A stretch of DNA of 64,000 nucleotides from Octopus bimaculoides (taxonomy: Eukaryota): contig NC_069003.1 in NCBI RefSeq assembly GCF_001194135.2, positions 28,779,225 to 28,843,224 on the forward strand. The letters run 5' to 3'. Shown one piece after another: positions 1 to 13,139 of this stretch. Numbering within the stretch: the stretch's first letter is position 1; each line of letters starts with the position of its first letter. A program made the translations under genes and the position numbers. The notes under the pieces are model-generated. The model worked only from the letters and a program-made list of their open reading frames with translations, did not search any database and was not told the origin of the DNA.

Positions 1-284
1 TATATAGTTACACTGTCTACAAGAAATAATCCTCAAATCACCCCAAAAAAAAGACTCATCATAATGAATATATTAAGTACAACTGTATGTAAATATTACA
101 GACATATATACATAAACAAATGTGTATATGTATATATACACACACACATGCATATATATATATATATATATANNNNNNNNNNNNNNNNNNNNNNNNNNNN
201 NNNNNNNNNNNNNNNNNNNNNNNNNNNNNNNNNNNNNNNNNNNNNNNNNNNNNNNNNNNNNNNNNNNNNNNNNNNNNNNNNNNN

Positions 285-331
<47 letters not shown>

Positions 332-343
332 CAGAGAGAGAGA

Positions 344-374
<31 letters not shown>

Positions 375-392
375 TCTGTTATTGTTTTTTTT

Positions 393-630
393 CTTTTACA
401 TGTGTCAGTATTTAGACTCAGACATGCTGGGGAACCGACTTGATGAATTTTAGTCGATCAAAATGCTCCAAGTACTTCAAAATCTGGTACTTATCGCTCT
501 CTTTTGTTACGGGGATGTAAACACACCATCACCGGTTGTCAGGTAGTGGTGGGAGACAAGCACAGACAATAACACACACACAAACATACACATACACGTA
601 TATATGTATATATACATACATATTTATATA
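393..630 (-). mobile_element. SINE family C, degenerate 3' half up to the internal microsatellite
   Basis: Matches the C tail seen at 24130-24330 and 57101-57340 (cagtatttagact, cttttgttacggggatgtaaacacacc, ggttgtca, gacaagcacagac) and then runs into CA/TA repeats. Confidence 0.7.
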
Positions 631-634
631 TAAC

Positions 635-687
635 TGGAGGCGCAATGTCCAGATTTTAGGTCAGCGAACTCGCAGTCATAGGATCAC
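635..687 (+). mobile_element. SINE family B tRNA-like head fragment
   Basis: tggaggcgcaatgtccag...cagcgaactcgcagtcataggatc aligns with the reverse complement of 16655-16707. Confidence 0.65.
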
Positions 688-747
688 TGATAGACCACCG
701 GTGAGTCCACTGGAACAAATGGATGCATCCTGATTTGGGTAATGTAG

Positions 748-1809
748 TTTCATCCGTATTTAAGAAATATCATATTTATTTCATTCACTTACATAAATTG
801 TCCATTTTTGATTGAACGACAGAACAATATCTCAGTAGAAATATTCCAAGCCTCAACAGAATTATGGCCATGTATGGCATGAATGCAAGCAATGATAGGA
901 TTGCTCAAGGCCTTTCTACTTAAAAAAAAAATTGCAGATCTGTCTAGAAATTTTCCTGAAGCAATAAGAAATGATTCACAAGCTGCATGCAAAACTGCTT
1001 TTATCAATCTAAAGAATACATGACATAACGTATGCGAAGACACTGCTACAATGCAGGCCAAAAGCCCGCACAATCATCATTACACTAGAGTTTTATCCTT
1101 CATTTGTTTGCAATTTTCCAGTGTGTTCGAAATGAAATTCATGCTGACACAATAGCAGAAACAAATGTTTCTCTTGAATTTATATGCTACCAAAATGGCA
1201 CCCTCTAGAAGCTATAACTGGTACACATGCAAAGATGCCATTATTTTTCTACTTGGTGGTAACGAAGAATTTTATCAAACTGCCAGAATGTTATTAAACA
1301 AGTTTCCAGCAGAGAATAACCACCAATAAGCATTCATAGAACTTATAACCCTATCATGTACCCCTATATTTTGTCTTGTGATTTGAGGCTGTTAACACAA
1401 TATAATTAACCAAAGAGGGAATAAAACAAATAACATGTCTTCAAATTTATTCTTTTCTTATCACAGAAAACAAACAAACTGATTCTGTATAATATATGAC
1501 ACTAAGGAACTACGTGCGTTAGAGCAGTCATATGTAGACCAATATGCAGATATCCATTCTTATCGTAGGCAGCATATTCAACACAATATAAAGGCCCTAA
1601 AAGCAGATCCGTATAAAGATTTGGCAGATAAAACTTTGGAAGTGAGGTTGATCGGCCTGGAAGATGATAAGCTCTCTCCAACATATTCAGAGGCAGTCTA
1701 TGATATATGACAAAACACTAGCAACATCGGAAAGAAATCTGAAAAACAAAGACAATATCATTTGTGACATTGGCTTGTGTCTAAATGGAACAAAATGAGA
1801 AAAAACTAA
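748..1809 (+). pseudogene. Possible decayed coding sequence of unknown origin (frame +1)
   Basis: About 354 codons with 10 stops and no evident frameshift. Stretches read like protein (NNISVEIFQASTELW; KDAIIFLLGGNEEFYQTARMLLNKF; TKELRALEQSYVDQYAD...LEVRLIGLEDDKLSP). No family recognised. Confidence 0.25.
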
Positions 1810-2211
1810 ACTGAGGTAAATCGTCCTAAAATAATTACACACATTTTGAAACTAAAGGGGTATGGATTTCAACCAGATTTCAAATTTGTGATTTTAGCGA
1901 TAGTAATAGTACACATGTGCAGAATTTAATTTTGCAAACAGGGTAAAACTGATTGTCAATTTATTTGATATCAGAAATCAGCTAGAAATCAGTCAGAAAT
2001 GAGAATAACAGTAAAGTTAATGAGTGTCCAATTCTTTCGAAGTCTCTTTGCATTTAAACTGAATATATTTCATATTAAAGTCAGCATTTCAAACTGAAAA
2101 ACAATTTAAATGTGAAGTTTTCTCTTTTTGCCTTCAATAAAAGTAAGGGCCTCAAAGTATCGACACTAAAAAACTACAACGCAGAAAGAATAAAATTTGA
2201 TGCATTCCTGA

Positions 2212-2258
<47 letters not shown>

Positions 2259-3187
2259 CACGGACACACACACACGGACACGGACACGGATACACATACA
2301 TACACACTTGTATATCATCAAACACATACACGTATTTATCATCAATTTGTGGCTCATAAATAAAAGCAACAGTTTTATATATCAATCGGTGTATATTTTA
2401 TAATCTTGGCTTTTAAAGTTTGCTCTTAAGAAATGTTACATAAAACTTAGCATTTGAAGCGGTAGTCTTTTCATGGTAAGTCTCTTTCATTTTTCTCCAC
2501 GTCTTCGCCGTTTTGCTCACCGAAAAAATGTCTGTGAATTTCAATGTATGTATGTATGTATATGTGTTCATATATATACATCTACATACACACAAGCACA
2601 TACACACATATATAGACAGATACAAAGATATATATATTTATAGACAGATGGATAGGTAGATAGATATGGATATAAATATGTCAATATATATTGGTTAATA
2701 TCTGAGTTATAAAATTAGGCGACAAAGTTAATTTATGCTACATACCGTCCTGTGTCATTGAGTTTCTAACTGTTTACTAAATCATTTTATTTCTCTATGC
2801 CGTTTAGCAGTCTACAAATTGTTTCATCAATAATACTTAAGTAAATGGTTCGATCAATAATACAGAAGTTATATTACTCGTCAAAGACGTGTCTACTCTC
2901 TTGAGGACCACAAAATAATAACACATTCTTGGTGAGTGAAAATAGAGAGGCGGTGGTGATAATCTACGACTGTTTAATATACCATTTATATTGGTTGTAT
3001 TTATTCTTCATGTTTTTTTTTATTTATAAACGTTACGGAATACGGTAATACCTTTTAATTTAATACACCCTGTGCTTCAAAGTGCCCATTACATAAAGTG
3101 AAAATATTCCGCACATATTTTCCAAGTTACAAGGCATAATTGGAACTTGCACTGCGTCAATGTTGAGATATTTCTCAATTTCTCACA

Positions 3188-3420
3188 TGCATCTACAATG
3201 CATTGGTTATCTCCGTTCTATTCTATGAGGCAGAAACGTGGTCCCTCTTGAATATCCTGACAGAGAATCAACGGCTTCGACAGCAGATCCCTAGGAACCA
3301 TCCACAATATCAGATGGTACCTTTATGTTTCCAACAAAGGACTGCGTGCGTGCACGCATCATCCCGCAACCTCCCACCTCATAGCAATCCGTCGCTGGTA
3401 CAGCCATGTACTTCGTCGCC
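3188..3420 (+). mobile_element. RTE-clade LINE ORF2 C-terminal fossil
   Basis: Translates CIYNALVISVLFYEAETWSL, frameshift, then RINGFDSRSLGTIHNIRW...SNKGLRACT...RRWYSHVLR. This is the LLYGxETW / RRILxIxW / RWYGHVLR signature of RTE C-termini. Confidence 0.85.
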
Positions 3421-4349
3421 TTGTTCTGTGTGAGTTGAGATATTCTGTATTGCCAGTTTCATCCGATCATCGCAACTATGAAGTTCAAAGATAGGTAGCA
3501 TCGTAGAAGTTTCATTATATGAAAGCCGAAATCTGCTAAAAATTTTCATTATACGAGAACCGATATCAATTAAAAACTTCATATATTAAAATTATATTTT
3601 AGATTTGAGAGTTGAAAAATGTATTCTTTGCATGCAAGTTTTATAGATAGAATTACAAAGTAATGATGTCCATTAATCCTTATTGATATATTGTAATAAC
3701 AATAACAAACTCCAGAATAAGCTACAAGTTGCACTGTTATTAATATGTCGAGATAGTTTTCAGTTTACAACAATAAAGCTAATATATTATAATATATTAT
3801 TCGGTGTTTGTCGCAATTTACATGCTTATTTACAAGCTTATTTACATTATACAATATGCTAAGGGTACACTTTCAATAGTATTACGTGGTTCATAATATA
3901 AGACACAGGCTTTGATAAAAAAGATAAACACTTTGTAGTATTTTACGAGCTGTAGTAAACACCAATATTTACATTTCACATAACAATTCACCTTGGATAT
4001 GCTGCATCATCAATCGTTGAATTGTCATCATACGTTTGGGAAACTTAAATTTAATCTCTAGCTTTGGCGTGCTCATAAGACAAATGTGATAATAAATTTG
4101 TCTATGTATTCAACAATAAAGGAAGCTTCAACAAGCGTGTTAGCTATTTCCGCCTCCACTGATGCATTCAAAACTACTGATCTGTAAGATCTAATATTAT
4201 TCTTAAAATTGGATAGGAAGGATAACCTAGCTTCCAGTTATTTCATGAAATGACACCGCTGCGGCAAGACGTTACTAAATGAGATATCGCTGAATTTCTC
4301 AGTAAGAAAGTACTTTGCTGTACAAAACCAATATACTGAGTTAAATTCT

Positions 4350-4546
4350 GTTGTTGGCATTCCGTCGCTTACGACCTCGAGGGTTCCAGTTGATCCGATC
4401 AACGGAACAGCCTGCTCGTGAAATTAACGTGCAAGTAGCTGAGCACTTCACAGACACGTGTACCCTTAACGTAGTTCTCGGGGATATTCAGCGTGACACA
4501 GTGTGACAAGGCTGACCCTTTGAATTACAGGCACAACACAGGAAAC
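4350..4546 (-). mobile_element. SINE family B, 5'-truncated 3' part
   Basis: Near-identical to 16392-16515 and retains the 3' terminus (gttgttggcattccgtcgcttacgacc). Confidence 0.85.
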
Positions 4547-4642
4547 ATATTCCACCTTTATTTCACAAAAAGTTAAATTATTTGTTTTAGACAGTGACAT
4601 TATGGTGTCATGCTTTCCTTGCAATATTACTATTATGAAACC

Positions 4643-4867
4643 TAAGGCGGCAAGCTAGCAGAATCGTTAGCACGCTGGGCAGAATGTTCAGCGGTTTTCC
4701 GTCCGTCTTTAGGTTCAAATTCCACCAAGGTCGACTTTGCCTTTTATACTATCCGGGTCAATAAATAAAGTACCAGTGAGACACTGTCGTCGATGTAATC
4801 GATAAATACCCTCCCACCAAAATTTCAGGCCTCGTGTCTTTAGTAGAAACATTATTATTGTGATACC
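4643..4867 (+). mobile_element. SINE family A, unit 1 of tandem trimer
   Basis: taaggcggcaagctagcagaatcgttagcac head (box A-like), ggttcaaattcc (box B-like), then the gtcgactttgcctttt...aagtaccag body. Confidence 0.85.
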
Positions 4868-5095
4868 TAAGGCGGCGTGCTGGTAGAATTGTTAGCACGC
4901 CTGGCGAAGTGTTTGGCGGTTTTTCGTCCGTCTTTACGTTCTGGATTCAAATTCCGCCTCGGTCGACTGTGCTTTTCACCCTTTCGGGGTCACTAATTTA
5001 AGTACCTGTGGAACACTGGGGTCGGTGTAATCGATTTATTTCTCACCCGAAATTGCTAGCCTTGTACAAAAATTTCAAATTGTTATTATGATACC
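4868..5095 (+). mobile_element. SINE family A, unit 2 of tandem trimer
   Basis: Same architecture as unit 1; 228 bp. Confidence 0.85.
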
Positions 5096-5322
5096 AAGGG
5101 GGTAAATTGGCAAAATCATTACCATGCCGGGAAAAATGCTTAGCGACATTTCTCGTCCCAATTTACGTTTTGAGTTCAAATTCTGCTGCGGTCGACTTTG
5201 CCATGCAACCTCTCCGGGTCGATGAAATAATTACCAGCTATGCATTGGGGTCGATGAAATCGATTAGCTCCTCCCCTATATTTCTCTCTTTGGCCTAGAG
5301 TAGAGAAGATTATTGCGATACC
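5096..5322 (+). mobile_element. SINE family A, unit 3 of tandem trimer
   Basis: More diverged copy with gagttcaaattctg box B and the gtcgactttgcc body; 227 bp. Confidence 0.8.
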
Positions 5323-5679
5323 TCCTGGTATTTCCATCAACTTGCATTACATTTTACATTTCCATAGCAGCTCTAACTATTTTCTACATCGCTTCGTCTT
5401 AAGTTATTTATTCCTCGCTTTCCTTCTACTTCGCTTTCATTTTCCTATTATATTCGCAATTGTCTTTGATTCTCAGAACATTTGTTTCTTCGCACGTCGC
5501 TCTGCTATAAGCAACTTTTATTCTCACTTTCTGGCCTCATTTCTTTTCTCTCTCTTTGATCTTCAGTTTCATTTTGCATTCTAGTAATCGCATTGTGTAT
5601 TGCATGTGCACTTAGACTCTCTCCTTCATTAACAACTGTCTCTGATCTTCTCTCTTTACCCTTTCTTTATCTCTCTCGT

Positions 5680-5712
<33 letters not shown>

Positions 5713-5750
5713 ATATCTATCTATCTATCTACCTACCTATCTATCGATCT
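5680..5750. repeat. (TATC)n microsatellite
   Basis: Direct inspection. Confidence 0.9.
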
Positions 5751-6598
5751 AGCTATCTATTTTTTTTATCAGACTAGCCCCGAGGGTCTCTTGAAACAAG
5801 ACTAATAAGACTGCAATTCATTTTTAATTCTGAAATTGCATCATACGCTCATATTTCAAACACATATACTCGTTACACATTGAATTATTGACGTCTATAT
5901 ATATATTTTTTATTTCTCGACATAAAAGTAAAAATACTTTCCTTCTTAAGTCCCATGCTGTTAACGAAAATGAATTCGCTCGTATAGGGAATAGTAACCG
6001 TGACGTCAATGCATCAATAGTTTTCCACCAACTCTCTCTTAGCCTTTAGCCAAACATAATTGTATATACGCATATACAATACCTACATACATTCTTACAT
6101 TTGTGTGTACATGCATCTATGCATGCATACATACATAAATACATACATACGTACATGCATACATATACAAATACATACATACAAAAATAAATACGTTCAT
6201 ACATATATATCCATTAATACATACATACACACGTAAATACATAAACACATATACACATAAATACATACATACGTACATACATACATACAAACGCTCATGG
6301 ATGCATGCACACGCGTAATTAAAATTATCAATACATATAGCTTTAGTTAAAAGGTTGGATGAAAACAAAGTTAAGTGATGCCCAACGTTACGACAATATA
6401 GAGAAAATTTCAATTCATAGAAACACTATTTCCAAACAGAGCTCGATAACAGCACAAAGATAGAAAAATAGATGGATGGATGGATGGATGGATGGATGGA
6501 TGGATAAACAGACAGACAGACAGACAAACATACATAAATAGATAGATAGCTGGATAGATAATTAGATAGATAGATAGGTAGATAGATTAATAGTTGGA

Positions 6599-6632
<34 letters not shown>

Positions 6633-6704
6633 CAGAGAGCTGCATAAATAAATAGACTGAGAGATATGGAGAGAATGTGAGAATAAATCAAGCCGAAGTA
6701 TGTA

Positions 6705-7158
6705 ACAGAGACATTAAGTATGTTTTGGGAAGTTTATGGCGACGAAGTAATGGATCGTACGCAATGTTTCGGGAAGCATGGGCGCTTCAAAAGCAGAAGA
6801 ACATACGTCCCTTAAAGACTATGAGCTATCTGCAAGACCTGCCATGAGCGTCCACCCCTGGAAATGTGGAGAAAATTCATCGATTTGTGCATTCGGTGAG
6901 AGCGAACATATCTTTGGTGCGCGAATAATTAGATTCTTCACGACCACCGTGCACTCTATCACCGAGCTATCCTCACTTGTGAGTTTCTCGCTAACTGCAA
7001 CATGTTATTACTTGCGCAACCGCTCTATTCACCAGATTTAGTACCTGCAGTCTTCTGTCTCTTTCCCAAGATGAAAATGCAGCTCAAATGTCGCTGTTAT
7101 AAACACCGTTGTCAAGATCCAGAGCGTATCGCAGAAGGTCCCCGACTCGCTTACGGAG
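6705..7158 (+). mobile_element. Internally deleted mariner (DD34D-type) transposase fossil
   Basis: Translates with shifts: EVYGDEVMDRTQCF...RFKSRRT / SLKDYELSARP / TPGNVEKIHRFVH (HTH region). This is fused to RTYLWCANN*ILHD...EFLANCNMLLLAQPLYSPDLVPAVFCLFPKMKMQLK...KVPDSLTE, which carries the YSPDLAP motif. Confidence 0.9.
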
Positions 7159-7416
7159 TGAGAAGAATGTAAAGAGAAATATAATAGACTCAGTGATGAT
7201 ACAGAAAACGTAGCACATGTTTTTAGGAAGACTAATGGAGTATGGAAAGGCAAAGAGAAATTTAGAATTCGGAATGAGAGAAAGAAAGACTGAACGGAGC
7301 ATGGGTAAAGAATATGGGAGCCATATATAGTTGTGAAAGGCAAAGTAAAATGAGGGAGGTGTACATTGATAGAGACAGTACAGAAGGTAAATCTTTGGGG
7401 TGGTAGAATGGGGAAT

Positions 7417-7590
7417 TACGAGGTGATATCAAGTAGTTCCCGGATTAGTTATGTTTAATAATGAATTATTATTTACCTAAGCTTTAACCATCATCGCCTT
7501 TGAAATAATCACTTTACAGCAATATGGTGGTCCCAACCGTCGTCACACTTTTGGAATCCTTCCTGGAAGTCGCTTTCCGTAAGCGATATG
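7417..7590 (-). mobile_element. Mariner 3' end (transposase C-terminus plus terminal inverted repeat), inverted
   Basis: Minus strand reads SLTESDFQEGFQKCDDGWDHHIAV / DYFKGDDG*. TA followed by cgaggtgatatcaagtagttcccgga at 7417-7445 resembles a mariner TIR. Confidence 0.85.
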
Positions 7591-7622
7591 GTGGAAAACA
7601 CAAACACACACAGACACACACA

Positions 7623-7623
7623 T

Positions 7624-7708
<85 letters not shown>
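7623..7708. repeat. (CA)n microsatellite
   Basis: Direct inspection. Confidence 0.95.
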
Positions 7709-7710
<2 letters not shown>

Positions 7711-10700
7711 TCGCTTCGGCACTGCAATACAAATAGCTTATATTTCTAAACGAAAGGATAGTCGAAAACAGGGCGATAATAAGAAGAGAGAGCAAAGGAA
7801 CAAAGGAATAAGTTATAAATGTCATTAGCTTGCAGCTGCTTCCACTACAGGATGCGATGGATTCATAGTTGAGTGCCTGATTAAGAGCTAACGGTATCAA
7901 GAAACTCTCAAATATGAAGTGCAATTTATTTGGGAAAAACAAATACATTTAGCCATAGATACAGGAAAACAGAGATGCGGAGGATGGAATCCAAGGGCTC
8001 CTAGCACAGTCAGAATTCGATTAATTCTAAGATGTAAATAATAATGGGTATAGACAAATGCAAAGAACGATTAAATATATCAGTAAGAACTCACAGACGC
8101 ACATACACACAGATATCGAAAACGATTAATTTCTCTCATTAAAATCAGCCAGAGAAAGAAAATGGAAGGCAGCCATATAAAACGTTATTCTATAAATGTA
8201 TTCCCCGACCTTTTAATATTCATTCATATTCGATCGCTTGCGAAAACAGGAAAAATGTTAATAATAATGATAAAAAGATAGGAAAATCAATCCCGTTATT
8301 ATTATCAATTTCCCCCGTTTTCTTTATTGTTTTTCTTTAAATATACGTTTAGAGCATTTAACATAAACCTTCTAATTGAAGTTCTATTACAAGAATAAAA
8401 TTAAACGGTTTACATCTTGAAAATACAAAGCTATGCACATTCAGGGTAAAAATGTTCAATATTAACGACATTTTCATTCGTGTGTAAAATAATAGTCTTA
8501 AGCAATTGACATAATGGTTAAAAAGAACATTAATTCATATTACCAGTCAAACAAACATAATTGGCAATAATAATTGCCTTGTTTGGAAATTAATTAGTTT
8601 ACAGTAAGATTTAAACTATGAGTCTCAGTCACTTTCCCTCTCCCCGTTCCTCTGCTTCTCAGTTACACTACCATTTACATACAGGTGCACACTATGTGAA
8701 CTTGTACGTATGTATATGAGCGTGTGTATGTGTGCAGGTATGTATTAATATACACACACATATGTACATATATATATAAACACACACTCTCACATATGCA
8801 CACACGCATATGTGTATATAAATATATNNNNNNNNNNNNNNNNNNNNNNNNNNNNNNNNNNNNNNNNNNNNNNNNNNNNNNNNNNNNNNNNNNNNNNNNA
8901 TATATATATATATATATAGATTCACATATATATATAAACACACACTCTCACATATGCACACACGCATATGTGTATATAAATATATAAATATATGTATAAC
9001 TACACATACATGCCTATTTTTTTCCTGTATGTAAATAAGTAGACATAAGTATCTAGTGGTGTTTGCCGATAGCGACATATAACTATTGTTACGAACTCCA
9101 TGTGTTGTCTTCTGTTTCAGACAATGGATACGTGTAAGGAGCGAATATGTTAATGTTATATGCTTAGTTCTAAAGTTCCGTTCTGATATTTATTTTGAAC
9201 ACAGAGTGCAAACATAAGACACATGCGGAGGAAAACTTTACTGTTTGTCAAGACATCTGACTGATATATATGAAAATAACATTTTTGTATACGTGTGTAT
9301 ATATGCAGACTTTCGTATTTGTATGTGCAGATGTGCATATATATTTCCCTCTCTCCTCTCGATTTTCTGCATATGAAATACTGTGTATTTTATGCGATAT
9401 GAAGCATTTGATAAGATAGTACTTCTCATCCAAGAAATCCTGTTGGTCCCGAAGGAACGCCTTTCAAAATATGCTTAAATAGGTTTGACAGAAAGCTACA
9501 ATGAACAACAGGGATCAAGTTGAAGCATTAACATGTGACCATGTGTCTTACACATCGTATGCAAATACTGCAGTAAGACCTATACAACTATCTTTAGATT
9601 AATGTAGAAAGAAACAAAGTAAAAATTGTTGAATTATTAAGAAATGGATGTGCAGCCAAAAATTAGACATTTCCGAAGCTGCAATATTTTGTCATTGATA
9701 ATGCTTTTTTAACATAATGTCTTATAATTCTAATAATAATAAATGGGTATATTTCACACATCACAATATCTATATTTAATCAATTAAAAAAGCTACTATA
9801 ATTTTATTTCCTTTTCTGTTATTTTGTCTTTCATACAATATGATTCTGGCTATAATAACTTTCTTTTATATTGTAATCTTATAAAATATTCTAATTCAGA
9901 AGATATGAAATATAATTTACGCCAACCTTATTGTTGAGTGGAAACAATCTTTACAATCTTTTGTTTCTTTCTTAAGTTCGTTTCTTTTTTCAAACTATTA
10001 TTCATCTCATTTCATCAAATGCGTGAAAAGTTCATTAATAACTTTTCTTGAGGTGAAACACGTTAACGGAAATTTGAGATGGAATTGCGTAAGAAGTGAG
10101 ATAATATGAATAAAAGTTGTTTAATATAAAGATAGGGTTTATGAATAAAATTCTGTCAGACATTATTATTTTGAAAACATTCAACGAATACATGAGAATT
10201 TTTACACAAATGTTATTGTTGTATCTTTAAACTTAAAGAATAATTCCATATTTCACCATCCATTTAAAACATATTTATGGGAACGGAATAAATTGTGAAT
10301 ACATAGACGCAAGACATATATACAAATATCTGTATATGCGTATGTGTGTGTTATACATGCATATACACTTATATATGAAAGGATGAATGGGTGTCTGTAG
10401 GCGATTGTGTGTGGGCATGTACGGTGGCTGCAACTCATTGTTTCGTTGTTTTCTGAAAACAGCACGAGTTTGGCTTTTTCATTGAATGTTTCGACTCCTT
10501 CGGCTTCGACTAGCCGTAGTAAGCTACACTACACTAGACGATTTGGCAAATATGTGCTATACACCTTTCTGATCTGACCCAAATTAACTTTCGCATGTGA
10601 TCCAACTTAACTTAGTCCAGAAGAGATTGTCTTCATTTTAATAGTTCACCACCAATTGGCGCACCTCCAAGCGGCATTTCATCCGTCTTTTCAAATATAG

Positions 10701-11245
10701 AGTAGCTGCAGGCTATATATATATATATAAGTGCGTGTGTGTCTGTGTGTGTATACATGTCTGTCTGTTTCTTAATGACCCATCAGCTTCTGATGGCATC
10801 TGTTAAGATAGAAAGGGCGGCCAAATCTTCGTGAAATCTCACATGTGTCATCTAAGGAAAGGATACACTAAAACAATTTATCTTAGTTACCTTTAATCAT
10901 GCAGCATTTTCTAAATAGCATTGCCTTGATTGCAGCTCTGCTCCATTAGGATTGATATTGTCTGAAACCTAACTAACAACAACCCATCATTTGGCGAAAT
11001 CGATCTGGGTAGATAACTATTTACCTGATCACTAAGCATGTTAGAAAGAGTAGTCCGATTCCCCGAACGCAAATGACACTTTCACGTCCTAAATGCGAAA
11101 TGGTCTATTTGGATAATCTAGTTTTCGATATACTTCTAAAACGTTGGGCAGCAATGGAGAGGCAAAGCTTCCGTCTGGTTAAAGAGTATCACCTACCAGA
11201 ATCAATACCAACAAAGTGATCAAGAATTTGCTATCATGAATACAT

Positions 11246-11412
11246 TAGTTTCAAATTTTGACACAAGGTCAGCAACTTCGAGGAAGTGGTTAAGTCATTT
11301 ATATTGACCCCAGTGCTCAACTGTTACTTATTGTATCCACGCCGAAAGGATGAAAGGCAAAGTCGACATCAGCGGAATTTGAACTCAGTAGCGATTATGC
11401 CAGCACACCGCC
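11246..11412 (-). mobile_element. SINE family A copy with internal deletion
   Basis: aaaggatgaaaggcaaagtcgacatcagcggaatttgaactcag is joined directly to the head remnant tagcgattatgccagcacaccgcc. Confidence 0.8.
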
Positions 11413-11464
11413 CCAAAAGGCATCTTGAATATGTCGCCAGTTACATATTGAAAAACTACATTAC

Positions 11465-11589
<125 letters not shown>

Positions 11590-12220
11590 ACTTACACAAA
11601 CATACACACACATGCACACACGCACACACACGCATACATTGTTTTCTCTAACACCTGCGTTTTATGATATTTTATTATTAATTCATTATTAATATTGTTC
11701 ACCTTCTTGATACTGTAATTTAGTCTTCAATGTTTCTGACAACGAACGATCCACCATAATAACCATTCCATAACTCTTCCACTTCTGAAATTCACTTTAC
11801 CTTTCTGTTTTTCTCACTTAGTTATTCTATTAATGTTATTGACCTCACATTTCCTTTCACCTCCCATTCAAAAATGATTACCCTTGTTTTTCTTGTTGTA
11901 ACGCATTATTATACATCACTGATATAATGTTTTAAAATACATATTTGTGGAAGTCATATAGACAACAGAGTGTGTTATAAAGAAACTTAATTTTTTTTTG
12001 TGTAAAACGTATGTCGGAAAAAAAAGATGAGGAAACGGCTGTATATTATGTTTCGGCACATTTACACATCTTTGACTGTAGCAGCAGACGATTTTTAACT
12101 ATCCATGAGCACATTGTGGTGTAAATTACACAAAAATGACAATAACACTCACATCTCATTTTAACATATATTTACGAAAATTACATAAAAAATATCTTGA
12201 AATACTAAAGAGTAAATGTA

Positions 12221-12437
12221 TTCAATAAAATCGCCATTTGCTTCAATGCTGCCAATTTGCAAAAAGCTGTCATGGAAAAATAAGAGGAGCCCAACAGGAA
12301 TGAAAATAAAATTATAAACCAAATTCAAAATTTAGATACCTTTAACACATATTAAACATGATAAACACAAATAAAAGTGAGTTTTAAAAATGCATCCGAT
12401 TTCACTCAAATCATCATTAATTCTAGGACACCTTGTA
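12221..12437 (-). mobile_element. Tc1/mariner-superfamily remnant (one TIR plus transposase C-terminal codons)
   Basis: Minus strand begins tacaaggtgtcctagaatt (TIR-like, with TA). SIEANGDFIE at 12221-12250 resembles the xxEAxGxxFE end of Tc1/DD37D transposases. The second TIR was not found. Confidence 0.5.
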
Positions 12438-12492
12438 TTTACACGTCTGATTAAAGAGGGGACGAAACATGGGGACGGACTAATTGCAGGTG

Positions 12493-12528
12493 GTGAGCAT
12501 AGCTTCCGGAAGTGCTCACGCTTCCGGT
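12493..12528. promoter_or_regulatory. Bulged palindrome with clustered ETS-like CCGGAAG sites
   Basis: gtgagca-tag-cttccggaag-tgctcac, followed by gcttccggt, in a locally CpG-richer segment. Confidence 0.25.
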
Positions 12529-13139
12529 CTGTTTTTTGTATGAACATTTTGCATTATATAGTTCAGATATGGATGACGGAGAAAGCGGAAACGCTGCCGG
12601 GTCGTACTGCTTAACGCAGGATTGGTAACGTGAAACATCAACAGGGTACTTCTAGAGAATAGATGAATGGGTTTGTTGTGCCGTTACCTACCCGCACACA
12701 CGCACATGGCCCAGTGGAGCGCGGGATGATAACATGAAGTATCAACAGGGTGCCGACAAAAATTTTAATGTTCTCATTTCCTCTGCCAAATTGGAGAAAA
12801 AAGTTTTCATGAAATATTATACGCCACTTATAATGCACAAGTAGTGTCAATATTTTATCTTCGGAAAATGGCCTAAAACAAAGATAAAACCCAGTGCAAT
12901 ATACTCAAATCTGATTAATCTGCATTTCTTTGAGGGGGTGGTCGGTGACATAGTCGATGTCGGAATTTTTTGTAGTCGACAGTAATTCGAGGAACCTAAT
13001 TAATGTTTGTTGCAAATTTATAGGAAAGCGACTGGATACACTTCAAGTTACGGACCTTAACGCTGCGGAAATGCCTTTAAAATGCAGATTATCTGCTCCT
13101 GGGCCTGCATTATGCAAGAATTTGACAATTGCTTTGACC

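Noticed and set aside
792-1009. Minus-strand exon candidate (tttag| ... |gtaagt, open frame LIKAVLHAAC...)
   Set aside because: No recognisable protein and it conflicts with the plus-strand fossil frame. Splice-like motifs are common by chance, so it was not called.
880-1767. TGA-as-Trp (mitochondrial or Mollicute code) reading of the frame +1 region
   Set aside because: TAA and TAG stops are also present, CpG decay explains TGA more simply, and there is no mitochondrial or bacterial motif.
8766-8985. Identical segment of about 60 bp on both sides of an N gap
   Set aside because: Most likely an unmerged contig overlap or low-complexity minisatellite.
10790-10815. CTGATGG-catct-gtta-agata-GAAA hammerhead-like string
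   Set aside because: Core A9 is missing and no stem I or III forms; it overlaps a family E repeat.
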